From: Ignavibacteriaceae bacterium
GTDB lineage: Bacteria; Bacteroidota; Ignavibacteria; Ignavibacteriales; Ignavibacteriaceae
Direction of reading: 5' to 3'
Assembly (NCBI GenBank): GCA_019912505.1
Contig: JAIOIM010000179.1
Location: 1-24,576, forward strand
DNA length: 24,576 nt
Below, one piece after another: positions 1 to 8,089 of this stretch; position 1 is the first letter of the stretch, and every line of letters begins with the position of its first letter. Below the pieces are notes generated by a model. That model was not told the DNA's origin. It did no database searches and worked only from the letters and a program-made list of their open reading frames with translations. Position numbers and translations under genes: made by a program.

Positions 1-164
1 ATATCGCAATAATCGTGCGCGGTATGGTTGCCCTCGTCATAATCCCAAAAGCCTAACTCTGAATGCAGGAAAGCGAATGTGAATACTCCAATTATTAAAA
101 GAGCAATACTTTTTGATGTGGCTGATGTTCTAAAAATTAGAATACCTTTCTTTCTTAGAATTAT
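1..164 (-). CDS. Partial small membrane or exported protein (runs off the left edge), possibly DUF2946-like; no ATG/GTG/TTG start visible
   Basis: Manual translation of the minus strand from 164 gives IILRKKGILIFRTSATSKSIALLIIGVFTFAFLHSELGFWDYDEGNHTAHDYCD. The frame is open to the window edge, with a basic N-terminus, a hydrophobic segment and an H-x-x-H-D-Y-C motif. An in-frame TAA lies just upstream. Not in the supplied ORF track. Confidence 0.45.
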   Translation of the reverse strand, partial: MILRKKGILIFRTSATSKSIALLIIGVFTFAFLHSELGFWDYDEGNHTAHDYCD

Positions 165-247
165 TTATCCGTGTATGAAACTTAAATTACTTAGCAAAAA
201 CAAGCAAATTTGTAAGATGACTTTTTAGTCCATTGTTTTTTTCCCAT

Positions 248-688
248 TTAATGAAGCTGGGCTTTACTTACAAATACTATTTCGGGTATTAACGCTTCAC
301 TCTCTTTTTTTATTTTTGAAACAGTATAAACTATAAATAAATATAGGGCAACGAGTCCAAGCCCCAGTACGCTTGAGTATAATTCTTTATTTGCAGAAAA
401 AAAACTCATCCCTAAAAATACTCCTGCAAGTATAAGAATTAACGGAACACCATATATAATTGATGACGCCGCGACTACATTTCTTCCCCTAACCGCAACG
501 CTTACTTTATCGCCGGGTTTAACGCCAAAAGGATCTTTTGCGGAAAGTTTTCTTTTATCGTCCGTTGGTCTGCAAAAAATTTTTGCGCCGCATTCTTCGC
601 ACGAACCTGCTTCCAAAACAAAGATGGTGGCAATTCCATCTTTTACATCGGCGACAATACCTTCCTCTACAAATTTTTCTCGATACAT
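248..688 (-). CDS. rseC: RseC/MucC family protein (SoxR-reducing system / Rnf-associated)
   Basis: N-terminal EEGIV..V motif, CEECGAKIFC cysteine cluster, 'GVKPGDKVSV', two C-terminal TM helices starting 'IIYGVPL'. Last gene of the rnf operon. Confidence 0.85.
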   Translation of the reverse strand: MYREKFVEEGIVADVKDGIATIFVLEAGSCEECGAKIFCRPTDDKRKLSAKDPFGVKPGDKVSVAVRGRNVVAASSIIYGVPLILILAGVFLGMSFFSANKELYSSVLGLGLVALYLFIVYTVSKIKKESEALIPEIVFVSKAQLH

Positions 689-694
689 GAAATT

Positions 695-729
695 AATGTA
701 TAATGTACAATGAATAATGTATAATTTAA
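695..729 (+). repeat. Heptamer tandem array (AATGTAY family), 5 units
   Basis: AATGTAT AATGTAC AATGAAT AATGTAT AATTTAA, read directly in the rnfB-rseC spacer. Confidence 0.85.
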
Positions 730-774
730 TGACGCTTTGGGAGTTTCAATTTATACTCTCAAAGTTTTAAATAG

Positions 775-1611
775 TTAGTTTGTTAATTCAAGCTCTTCAA
801 CTTTTACACGCGGATGAATTGTGTCTAACGCTTTTGTTGAACACTTATCAAACGGTATTTTACTTATATCAATTTTTGAGTAATCAATAATAGCAAGGTT
901 GTCTTTCATAGTAATTCCACCTTCCGATTTACGCGCGCATATCTGGCATCCGATACAAGCAGCGGAGCAAACTTTGCGCGCTGTTTTAGGATCATCGTGG
1001 TTTTTGCAGAAAACAAATATATCTCTCTCAGCAGGATGCATTTCAATTACATCACGCGGACATGCTTTTGCACATAACCCGCAACCGGTACAAAATTCTT
1101 CTATTACAACAGGCAAATCATTTTCGTTCATATACATTGCCCCAAACTGGCAGGCTTCTACACATTCACCGCCGCCGAGACAGCCGTCTAAACACATTTT
1201 ATCACCGCCGGCAATTAGAGCCATTGTTGAGCAGCTATTCGGTCCGCTGTAAATTGCGTTTTCTTTTCTTGCTGCTTCAATGTTTCCACCACGGCATAAA
1301 ACACGTGCAACCATCCTGGTTCCTCCGTCAGGTTCAAGTCCGAGTATTTTTGCTATCTCTCCCGTTACATCGGAATCTGCAACCGGACAACTGCCGGGAG
1401 AAATTTGCCCACTTACAACTTTAACGGCAAAGTCGTAACAACCTGCATTACCGCACGCGCCGCAATTTGCATTGGGCAGCAAATCATTCACTTCACCAAT
1501 TCTAGGGTCTTCATAAACCCGTAATTTTTTATCTGCAATTGCAAGCGCACCGGCAAACAAAAAGCCGAGTCCGCCCATAGTTAAAACTGCTATTATCAGA
1601 GAGAAGTCCAT
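775..1611 (-). CDS. rnfB: Rnf electron transport complex subunit B (membrane-anchored polyferredoxin)
   Basis: N-terminal TM anchor, LPNANCGACGNAGC FeS motif, CLGGGECVEAC, CTGCGLCAKACP and CIGCQIC motifs; operon context. Confidence 0.93.
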   Translation of the reverse strand: MDFSLIIAVLTMGGLGFLFAGALAIADKKLRVYEDPRIGEVNDLLPNANCGACGNAGCYDFAVKVVSGQISPGSCPVADSDVTGEIAKILGLEPDGGTRMVARVLCRGGNIEAARKENAIYSGPNSCSTMALIAGGDKMCLDGCLGGGECVEACQFGAMYMNENDLPVVIEEFCTGCGLCAKACPRDVIEMHPAERDIFVFCKNHDDPKTARKVCSAACIGCQICARKSEGGITMKDNLAIIDYSKIDISKIPFDKCSTKALDTIHPRVKVEELELTN

Positions 1612-1623
1612 CTCATCTAACCT

Positions 1624-2616
1624 TTATTCTTTTATTAAAAACTTATTAAAACCAGAAGAGATAATCTCTTTTCCATTTGAATCTACCAAAAGTGCTTCCG
1701 TGTTTTTTAATGATTCTACTAATTTCATTCCTTTTACTTCTCCAAGAACAAATACAGCTGTGGAAACTCCATCCGCCCATCTATTATTATCGGCGACAAT
1801 AGTAACACTTTGTAAACCTTGTGCCGGGTAACCTGTTGCCGGGTTAATAATATGATGATACCGAATACCATTAACTTCAAAGTATTGTTCGTAATCGCCC
1901 GAAGTAGCAACTGCACTGCCGTTAAGTTTTAATTTTGTAAGCAACGCCTGTTGATTACGCGGGTGCTTTACTCCGACAATCCAATTACTTCCAACTCCTT
2001 TTATTTCGCCGCCTGCATTTACAAGCGCATCATTTAAACCGGCTTGCTTCAATACATCAACAGCTTTATCAACTGCGTAACCTTTTGTAATAGCGCCGAA
2101 GTTAAACATAATTTTATTTTTTCTTAAAATTTTATTGTCGGCAAGAAGTTTAACATTCTTCCAACCCGAATGTTCTACTGCGTATTCAATCGAATCTTTT
2201 GCAGGTATAGAAGGGTTGTCCCCGTCAAATCCCCAGGAATGTGTCAGTGCTTCAAGGCTTACATCAAAAGCTCCGCCGGAAATATTCCATAGCGAATCGC
2301 TGATTTTCATAAGTTTAAAGAGTTCACTACCGATAACCAATAATGTATCTGTTACATGGTTTATTTTATAAACTTCACCTTTCGGATGGTATGAAGTAAA
2401 CAAATCATCTATTCGTTTTATTTCGGCAAACGCATTTGATATTGCTTCATTCGCTTTAACTTCATCAAGAGTTCGCACTTGGATTTCGACAATTGTGCCC
2501 AGCAGAATCTGTGAACGTTTTACCGTTATCGGTTCATTATCACTGCTGCCTGCGATAAAATAACCGATAGCAAAAAAAGCAATAAACAATCCTATGTATA
2601 GCAAAACCTTTTTCAT
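1624..2616 (-). CDS. apbE: FAD:protein FMN transferase (ApbE family flavin transferase)
   Basis: Motifs GTIVEI, GAFDV, AITKGYAVD, NAGGEI, ATSGDYE, YHHIINPATGYP, ADGVSTA. N-terminal hydrophobic anchor with no lipobox Cys. The ORF track starts at a TTG (2619); the ATG at 2616 is the more likely start. Confidence 0.93.
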   Translation of the reverse strand: MKKVLLYIGLFIAFFAIGYFIAGSSDNEPITVKRSQILLGTIVEIQVRTLDEVKANEAISNAFAEIKRIDDLFTSYHPKGEVYKINHVTDTLLVIGSELFKLMKISDSLWNISGGAFDVSLEALTHSWGFDGDNPSIPAKDSIEYAVEHSGWKNVKLLADNKILRKNKIMFNFGAITKGYAVDKAVDVLKQAGLNDALVNAGGEIKGVGSNWIVGVKHPRNQQALLTKLKLNGSAVATSGDYEQYFEVNGIRYHHIINPATGYPAQGLQSVTIVADNNRWADGVSTAVFVLGEVKGMKLVESLKNTEALLVDSNGKEIISSGFNKFLIKE

Positions 2617-2629
2617 CAAATCAACTCTT

Positions 2630-2664
2630 CATTGTACATTATACATTGTACATTGTACATTATT
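2630..2664 (-). repeat. Heptamer tandem array (AATGTAY family), 5 units, opposite orientation to 695-729
   Basis: Plus strand reads CATTGTA CATTATA CATTGTA CATTGTA CATTATT in the spacer upstream of apbE. Confidence 0.88.
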
Positions 2665-2667
2665 TTC

Positions 2668-3411
2668 TTAGATCGTTTCAATTTTTATAAGGACTTTATT
2701 CGGTGCACATGCTAAAACATCGCCTGCGTGTGAAGCGAATCCGCTTTGTTTGCACAACTCATGTCGGCAAGTTGATGTATGAACATTAACCAAACCGTTT
2801 TCTAACTTTAAGCCTGTTTTCCCCTGCGGTCCAGTAACACTTATGTTTTTATAATTTCCGTTTAAACTAATTTTATCAACTAACCCATTTTCATTTTCAA
2901 TTACAACAGTTCTATTGTTTCCCCGCAATAAGGAATTAATCAAATTACTTTCGTTGTATTCAGCTGAAAAAAAATACTCTGCTTTTCTATTTTGTAATTT
3001 GCTGCGCAAGTAAATAAACGAGCCGTTAAAATCTTCATTTGGATTATAGATAGATACTTTATCATCGCTTAAAAGAATATCTCCCTGCACACGGCGGTTC
3101 ATTTTAACTATACGAAAAGTAACATTACCCCTGCCGGAAAATGAATTATTACCATCAGCGGAAAAATATGCTTTTTGTACAACCTCTTTTATTTTGTTTT
3201 CAGCCATGATAATCGGCTGCTGACTACTTCCGGTCTTTTTTACAAATGCTCTAACTGCTTCGGCAATTATCTTTTCATCTGCAGGCAAAAAGCCATGTAC
3301 CGAAAAAGAGTTTTTATTTTTTCCGTTAAATATTTTTGCTGTGCCAAAGCCGGCACCGAGAGCAACGGCAGAAACTCCTATCGATTTTAGAAACGAGCGG
3401 CGTGAAATCAT
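2668..3411 (-). CDS. Tat-signal protein with C-terminal NusG domain II-like domain
   Basis: N-terminal twin-arginine motif SRRSFLK plus a hydrophobic stretch. C-terminal STCRHELC...LACAPNKVLIKI matches the NusG_II-type C-x4-C...C-x-PN pattern. Confidence 0.72.
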   Translation of the reverse strand: MISRRSFLKSIGVSAVALGAGFGTAKIFNGKNKNSFSVHGFLPADEKIIAEAVRAFVKKTGSSQQPIIMAENKIKEVVQKAYFSADGNNSFSGRGNVTFRIVKMNRRVQGDILLSDDKVSIYNPNEDFNGSFIYLRSKLQNRKAEYFFSAEYNESNLINSLLRGNNRTVVIENENGLVDKISLNGNYKNISVTGPQGKTGLKLENGLVNVHTSTCRHELCKQSGFASHAGDVLACAPNKVLIKIETI

Positions 3412-3512
3412 TTTATTTATTCTCCTAAAATTTTATAAACTTTTTATTTCCATTGGCGTTAACAATTTACAATCCATCTTTTAGCCGATGAAGTGCTGTT
3501 AATGATTAATTG

Positions 3513-4085
3513 CTAAATCATCCCAGCAAAGCCCATAAAAGCCAATGCAAGAATGCCGGCAACAATAAGAGTAATCGGCGCGCCCCTAAATGAAACGGGC
3601 ACATCCGATAGTTCAAGTTCTTCTCTTATACCTGCCATTATAGTAAGCGCAAGCGTAAAGCCCGCACCGGCGCCAACGCCAAACACAATACTCTGAATGA
3701 ATGTATACTCGCGCATAGAAATAAACAACGCTAAACCGAGTATTGCACAGTTAGTTGTAATCAGCGGAAGAAATATTCCGAGTGCACGGTAAAGCGGCTG
3801 GCTTACTTTCTTTATTACCATCTCAACAAACTGCACTAATGATGCAATTACAAGAATGAACGATGGTATTTGCAAAAACTCCAACTTATAAGGGACAAGC
3901 AAAAGGTTGTAAAGCAGCCAGCTTACAATAGCGGTTATAACCATTACAAACGTAGTTGCCATACCCATCGATACAGCGGATGATGTTTTATTTGAAACAC
4001 CGATAAACGGACAAATACCAAGGAAGTAAGCAAGCACAAAGTTATTTACAATTGCCGCGGAAATAAAAATAATAAACAGTTCCAT
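3513..4085 (-). CDS. rnfA: Rnf electron transport complex subunit A
   Basis: NNFVLAYFLGICPFIGVS and LGIFLPLITTNCAILG motifs; polytopic membrane protein of 190 aa. Confidence 0.95.
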   Translation of the reverse strand: MELFIIFISAAIVNNFVLAYFLGICPFIGVSNKTSSAVSMGMATTFVMVITAIVSWLLYNLLLVPYKLEFLQIPSFILVIASLVQFVEMVIKKVSQPLYRALGIFLPLITTNCAILGLALFISMREYTFIQSIVFGVGAGAGFTLALTIMAGIREELELSDVPVSFRGAPITLIVAGILALAFMGFAGMI

Positions 4086-4086
4086 T

Positions 4087-4779
4087 TTATATTCCCTCCT
4101 GCGCCGCTACTGTTCCGGCAGATTCGCTTTTGGTTTTATTTCTGTACTGATCAATTAATGATTCTTTTTCAAGATTCTTTTTACGGTCGGTGTACATATT
4201 TATAAACCCTAACATCAAGCCAAGCGTTAAAAAAGCACCCGCGGGAAGAATCATAATAAGCCAGGGTTCAAAAGCGTTTGGTAAAACTTGATAGCTGAGA
4301 AATGTTCTTGATCCGATAATTTCCCTGATTCCTCCAAGGGTAATTAATGCTATAAAAAATCCCGAACCCATTCCGAGCGCATCAAGAATAGAGCGGAAGA
4401 CTGTGTTCTTAGACGCAAATGCTTCCTGTCTTCCAAGGATTATGCAGTTAACAACAATAAGCGGTATAAAAGGTCCGAGCGCCTTGCTTAACACCGGGAA
4501 CCGAGCCTTCATTACTAAATCTACAATAGTTACGAAAGTAGCAATGATAACTATATAAGCGGCAATACGAACCTGGTTGGGAATTAATTTTCTAATAATT
4601 GAGATTAACATACTTGCCATTACAAGAACAAATGTTGTTGCCAGTGCCATTGCAATACCGTTTATTGCAGATACAGTAACGGCAAGAGTTGGACACATGC
4701 CAAGTACTTGTTTGAAAATGGGATTTTGCTCCCACAATCCTTTTAAGAATTCTTTTGAAAGAGGAGTATGTTTTGCCAT
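4087..4779 (-). CDS. rnfE: Rnf electron transport complex subunit E
   Basis: NPIFKQVLGMCPTLAVT, IPNQVRI, LGPFIPLIVVNCIILGR and PAGAF motifs. Confidence 0.95.
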   Translation of the reverse strand: MAKHTPLSKEFLKGLWEQNPIFKQVLGMCPTLAVTVSAINGIAMALATTFVLVMASMLISIIRKLIPNQVRIAAYIVIIATFVTIVDLVMKARFPVLSKALGPFIPLIVVNCIILGRQEAFASKNTVFRSILDALGMGSGFFIALITLGGIREIIGSRTFLSYQVLPNAFEPWLIMILPAGAFLTLGLMLGFINMYTDRKKNLEKESLIDQYRNKTKSESAGTVAAQEGI

Positions 4780-5342
4780 TATATTTTTCCCTCCTTCTTT
4801 AACTCGCGCATTATTGAGATACCATCATCCACTATAGCTACAACAGATTTGGATGAAATTGTTGCTCCGGTTATTGCCTGTATTTCATTTGGTTTCGATG
4901 GCTCAACACCTTTAACCAAGATTATCATTGGTGAAGTTTCTAATTTTTTAAATTGATTTCTGAAATGATCTTCGGTAACTTTTGTACCGAGTCCGGGGGT
5001 TTCAATTTGTTCGAGTATTTCTAACGCCGTTATTTTTTCAAGGTCGGGGGATAGTCCAACCATTAATCTAATTTTGCCTTGAAATCCGTTACCGGAATAA
5101 ACCAAGGAATAACCCAAAGGAATTTTGTCATCGCCAAAAACTTTATAAACCTCAACACCGGAAGCTTTAACTAATTCGTAAGTTTTTGCTGCGGGTTGAA
5201 CATTAAATATTGCTTCTTCTGTTTGAGCTTTTAGATTTGCGGCGATGAGCGGACTTGCCCAGTTGTTTACACGCGATAATAAACCGCCTGAAATTACGCC
5301 AATGCTGCTAAGAGTTAAAATCATTTTAACTACGGTATTCAT
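4779..5342 (-). CDS. rnfG: Rnf electron transport complex subunit G (187 aa; start corrected from the ORF track's 5507)
   Basis: GFQGKIRLMVG, ETPGLG and the flavinylation motif ITGATISS. The ATG at 5342 overlaps the rnfD TGA (ATGA), and the stop overlaps the rnfE ATG (TAATG). Confidence 0.92.
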   Translation of the reverse strand: MNTVVKMILTLSSIGVISGGLLSRVNNWASPLIAANLKAQTEEAIFNVQPAAKTYELVKASGVEVYKVFGDDKIPLGYSLVYSGNGFQGKIRLMVGLSPDLEKITALEILEQIETPGLGTKVTEDHFRNQFKKLETSPMIILVKGVEPSKPNEIQAITGATISSKSVVAIVDDGISIMRELKKEGKI

Positions 5343-6322
5343 GCTGCCGCTCCTTTCACAGCTCCGAAAATTTTCGGAACAGTAAAACGGTTGATTATCG
5401 GAACGAATGCATTCATAAATAATATAGAATACATCACGCCTTCCGGCAGTCCGCCGAATAACCGGATAACGACTAACACGAATGAAATACCGATACCGAA
5501 TATCCACATTCCTTTATTAGTAACAGGAGAAGTTACCCAATCGGTAGCCATAAAAAATGTACCGAAAAGAAAACCGCCGGATAACAATTGGAATAATGGA
5601 GTAGGGTACTTTACCGGATCGATAAAATAAAACAAAGTGCCGAAAACAAGTATACCAATTATCATCGAAACAGGAATGCGCCAATTTACAATTCCTATTA
5701 CGATTAAAAAAATTCCTCCGGCAAGTATAGCCATCGCATTAGTTTCGCCAAGCGATCCGCCTGTATTGCCGAAAAACATTTGGCTTAACCCGGCAGTAAT
5801 TTTATCAAATTTAAAAGCCGCAAGTGGTGTTGCCGATGTAACTCCGTCAACCGCAAAACTGTTCGGGCTCCAGGTAGTAATTGCCACAGGAAAAGACGCC
5901 TGAAGAAATGCACGCCCTACAAGCGCGGGATTAAAAATATTGTAACCCAAACCGCCGAATATTTGTTTTCCCAAACCAATCGCTACAACAGCACCAATTG
6001 CAGTTGCCGACAATGAAAAATTTGGCGGTAAAGTGAGCGCAAGCAGCAAGCCTGTTAATGCGGCACTGCCGTCTACTATTGCTAATTTCTTTTTTCGTAT
6101 GGTCTGTACTATATATTCGGTTCCCACCGCAAAAACTACGGCGGTAGTGATTATAAGTAATTGATAAACTCCGAAAAATAAAACTGCCGAGATAACACTT
6201 GGTACTAATGCAGCTAAAACCATCCACATTACTTTTTTTGTAGTCCACTGGTTGTGGAGGTGTGGTGAAGTAGTAAGCTCAAGTTTATTTATTTTTTCGG
6301 CTTCAGAAATAGTAGTTGCCAT
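5339..6322 (-). CDS. rnfD: Rnf electron transport complex subunit D (327 aa; start corrected from the ORF track's 6475)
   Basis: SPHLH, DGSAALTGLLLAL, FGGLGYNIFNPALVGRAF, the flavinylation-site region DGVTSATPL, GSLGET and ATDWVTSP. The track's upstream extension overlaps rnfC. Confidence 0.93.
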   Translation of the reverse strand: MATTISEAEKINKLELTTSPHLHNQWTTKKVMWMVLAALVPSVISAVLFFGVYQLLIITTAVVFAVGTEYIVQTIRKKKLAIVDGSAALTGLLLALTLPPNFSLSATAIGAVVAIGLGKQIFGGLGYNIFNPALVGRAFLQASFPVAITTWSPNSFAVDGVTSATPLAAFKFDKITAGLSQMFFGNTGGSLGETNAMAILAGGIFLIVIGIVNWRIPVSMIIGILVFGTLFYFIDPVKYPTPLFQLLSGGFLFGTFFMATDWVTSPVTNKGMWIFGIGISFVLVVIRLFGGLPEGVMYSILFMNAFVPIINRFTVPKIFGAVKGAAA

Positions 6323-6351
6323 ATAGCTATTTATCTTTTTTTGAATCCTAA

Positions 6352-7683
6352 TTAATTTTGTGATATTGCTCTTTGTCTTTGAATCTGCATTACACGCTGC
6401 TTGCCCAAACGTAACCATTGAACAAGAGGAATGTTCGCGGGACACGTATAAGCGCAGGTTCCGCATTCCATACAAACAGTAATTCCAAGCTGCTCAGCAT
6501 CTTCAAAACGACCGAGTTGTGAATATCGAACAAGTTTAGTAGGCATTAAGTTTAGCGGACAAACACTAACACATTGTCCGCATTTTAAGCACGCTGTTTC
6601 TTCGCCTTTTGAAATTTCTTTCTCGGTAAGAACAATAATGCCCGAAGTTGCTTTAAGAACCGGCGCCATCAAATCGTGTTGCGCTACGCCCATCATCGGT
6701 CCGCCTACAATTGTTTTTACCGCGTCATCCGTAACTCCGCCGCAAAAATCTAAAACATCTTTTAACGGAGTACCAACGGGCACTAAAAGATTTTTCGGAT
6801 TTTTTATGCCAAGCCCGGTTACGGTTAATGCAGCCGTTAACGAAGGTTCACCTTTAACCACAGCATCGTAGACAGCAACTGCTGTTCCGATGTTTTGTAT
6901 TACGGCACCCACTTCAAGCGGAAGTTTTCCCGGAGGAACTTCGCGTCCGGTAATTGCTTTGATAAGCATTTTTTCGGCGCCCTGCGGGTATTTTGTTTTT
7001 AATGAAAATACCTCGATGTTATTTTCACCGGCTGTCGCATTGGTCATAATTTTTATTGCATCGGGTTTGTTATCTTCAATACCGATATAACCTTTTTCAA
7101 CATTTATTGCTTTTAATAAAAGCTTTAACCCTTCAATTACTGCTTCAGGTCGTTCAACCATAAAACGATAATCGCGTGTTAGGTAAGGCTCGCACTCGCA
7201 CCCGTTAAGAATAACGAATTCAATTTTTTTATCTTTTGGCGGAGTTAGTTTTACATAGGTCGGGAACGCCGCACCACCCTGTCCTACAATACCCGCAGCC
7301 TTTACTCTTTCTTTTATTTCTTCTTGAGTTATTGTTTCGTAACTGAGAGGAGGCAAATAATTACTTTCTGCCTGACCATTGGTTTTAATAACTATTGTAT
7401 CTTTCGGAAATCCGAAAGGAGTTGATTGCTTACCTATACTTGTTACTGTTCCACAGACCGAACTGTGAATAGGGGCGGAAATAAACCCGTCAGCCTCGGC
7501 AACAACCGAACCAACAATAACAGCGGTGCCTTTTTTTACAAGCGCAATTGCTTCTTTACCGAGATGTTGATTTAGGGGAACAAAAATTTCCTGAGGTGCG
7601 GGCATAACCTCAAAAGCAATATGTTCGGTTAATTCTTTGTATTCACGGGGATGTACCCCGCCGCGAAATGATTTTGTTGCCAC
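6352..7683 (-). CDS. rnfC: Rnf electron transport complex subunit C (GTG start)
   Basis: FRGGVHP, GIVGQGGAAFPT, NGCECEPYLTRD, YPQGAEK, GGPMMG, and two 4Fe-4S motifs (CLKCGQCVSVCP, CMECGTCAYTCP). Confidence 0.96.
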   Translation of the reverse strand: MATKSFRGGVHPREYKELTEHIAFEVMPAPQEIFVPLNQHLGKEAIALVKKGTAVIVGSVVAEADGFISAPIHSSVCGTVTSIGKQSTPFGFPKDTIVIKTNGQAESNYLPPLSYETITQEEIKERVKAAGIVGQGGAAFPTYVKLTPPKDKKIEFVILNGCECEPYLTRDYRFMVERPEAVIEGLKLLLKAINVEKGYIGIEDNKPDAIKIMTNATAGENNIEVFSLKTKYPQGAEKMLIKAITGREVPPGKLPLEVGAVIQNIGTAVAVYDAVVKGEPSLTAALTVTGLGIKNPKNLLVPVGTPLKDVLDFCGGVTDDAVKTIVGGPMMGVAQHDLMAPVLKATSGIIVLTEKEISKGEETACLKCGQCVSVCPLNLMPTKLVRYSQLGRFEDAEQLGITVCMECGTCAYTCPANIPLVQWLRLGKQRVMQIQRQRAISQN

Positions 7684-7773
7684 GTTTTTTCTCTCTCTTT
7701 TTTTTCAACTTAAAGAGAACAATTATCCGGCATAGAAGCCGGTGGTTAACTAAAAAATCAGATACCTCATTTA

Positions 7774-7789
7774 TGCTAAAACTGTGCCA
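7774..7789 (-). promoter_or_regulatory. Candidate sigma-54 (-24/-12) promoter for the rnf operon
   Basis: Minus strand reads TGGCACAGTTTTAGCA: GG-N10-GC spacing and a perfect TGGCAC -24 element, about 90 nt upstream of the rnfC start. Confidence 0.62.
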
Positions 7790-7855
7790 GCAAACAATGA
7801 TGTTACAACAACTAATATCGTCTATTTTAGAACTTAAACGTACAATTTTAATTAT

Positions 7856-7875
7856 TTTGCTAAACATTTAGCAAA
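7856..7875. promoter_or_regulatory. Perfect palindromic operator or upstream activator-like site
   Basis: TTTGCTAAA-CA-TTTAGCAAA (9-bp arms, 2-bp spacer), 66 bp upstream of the -24 element. Confidence 0.55.
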
Positions 7876-8030
7876 TATTCTTTTCAATTGTGGGAAAAAA
7901 TAAAGTTAGGAATGGGAAGAATTATTGATGGACTTGAAGAATCGGCGGAGTGGGAATTTAAAAATTTTAATCGAATTATTTTAAAATGTTTTTACGGCAG
8001 CAACTTTTTGTAGCAGACTCATTTCCAATC

Positions 8031-8064
8031 TAAAATAAAAAAGGCGGTCTTAAAAAGACCGCCT
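8031..8064 (-). terminator. Rho-independent terminator of the large surface-protein gene
   Basis: 10-bp stem AGGCGGTCTT/AAGACCGCCT (8042-8064), followed on the minus strand by TTTTTATTTT, 25 nt after the stop codon. Confidence 0.85.
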
Positions 8065-8089
8065 AATTAGAGAGAACTATTTCAACAAC

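Noticed and set aside
3455-3514. Possible degenerate heptamer units in the rnfA-NusG_II spacer
   Set aside because: Only two poorly matching units per side.
5343-6475. N-terminal extensions of RnfG (to 5507) and RnfD (to 6475) in the ORF track
   Set aside because: They overlap the upstream genes. Downstream ATGs give typical lengths and tight operon junctions.
7727-7742. CCGGC-ATAGAA-GCCGG hairpin in the rnfC leader as a possible riboswitch
   Set aside because: Only a 5-bp stem, with no recognisable FMN or other aptamer consensus.
7643-7871. ORFs 7643-7867 (-) and 7668-7871 (+) as possible leader peptides
   Set aside because: They are low-complexity translations of the A/T-rich rnfC promoter region and overlap the promoter motifs.
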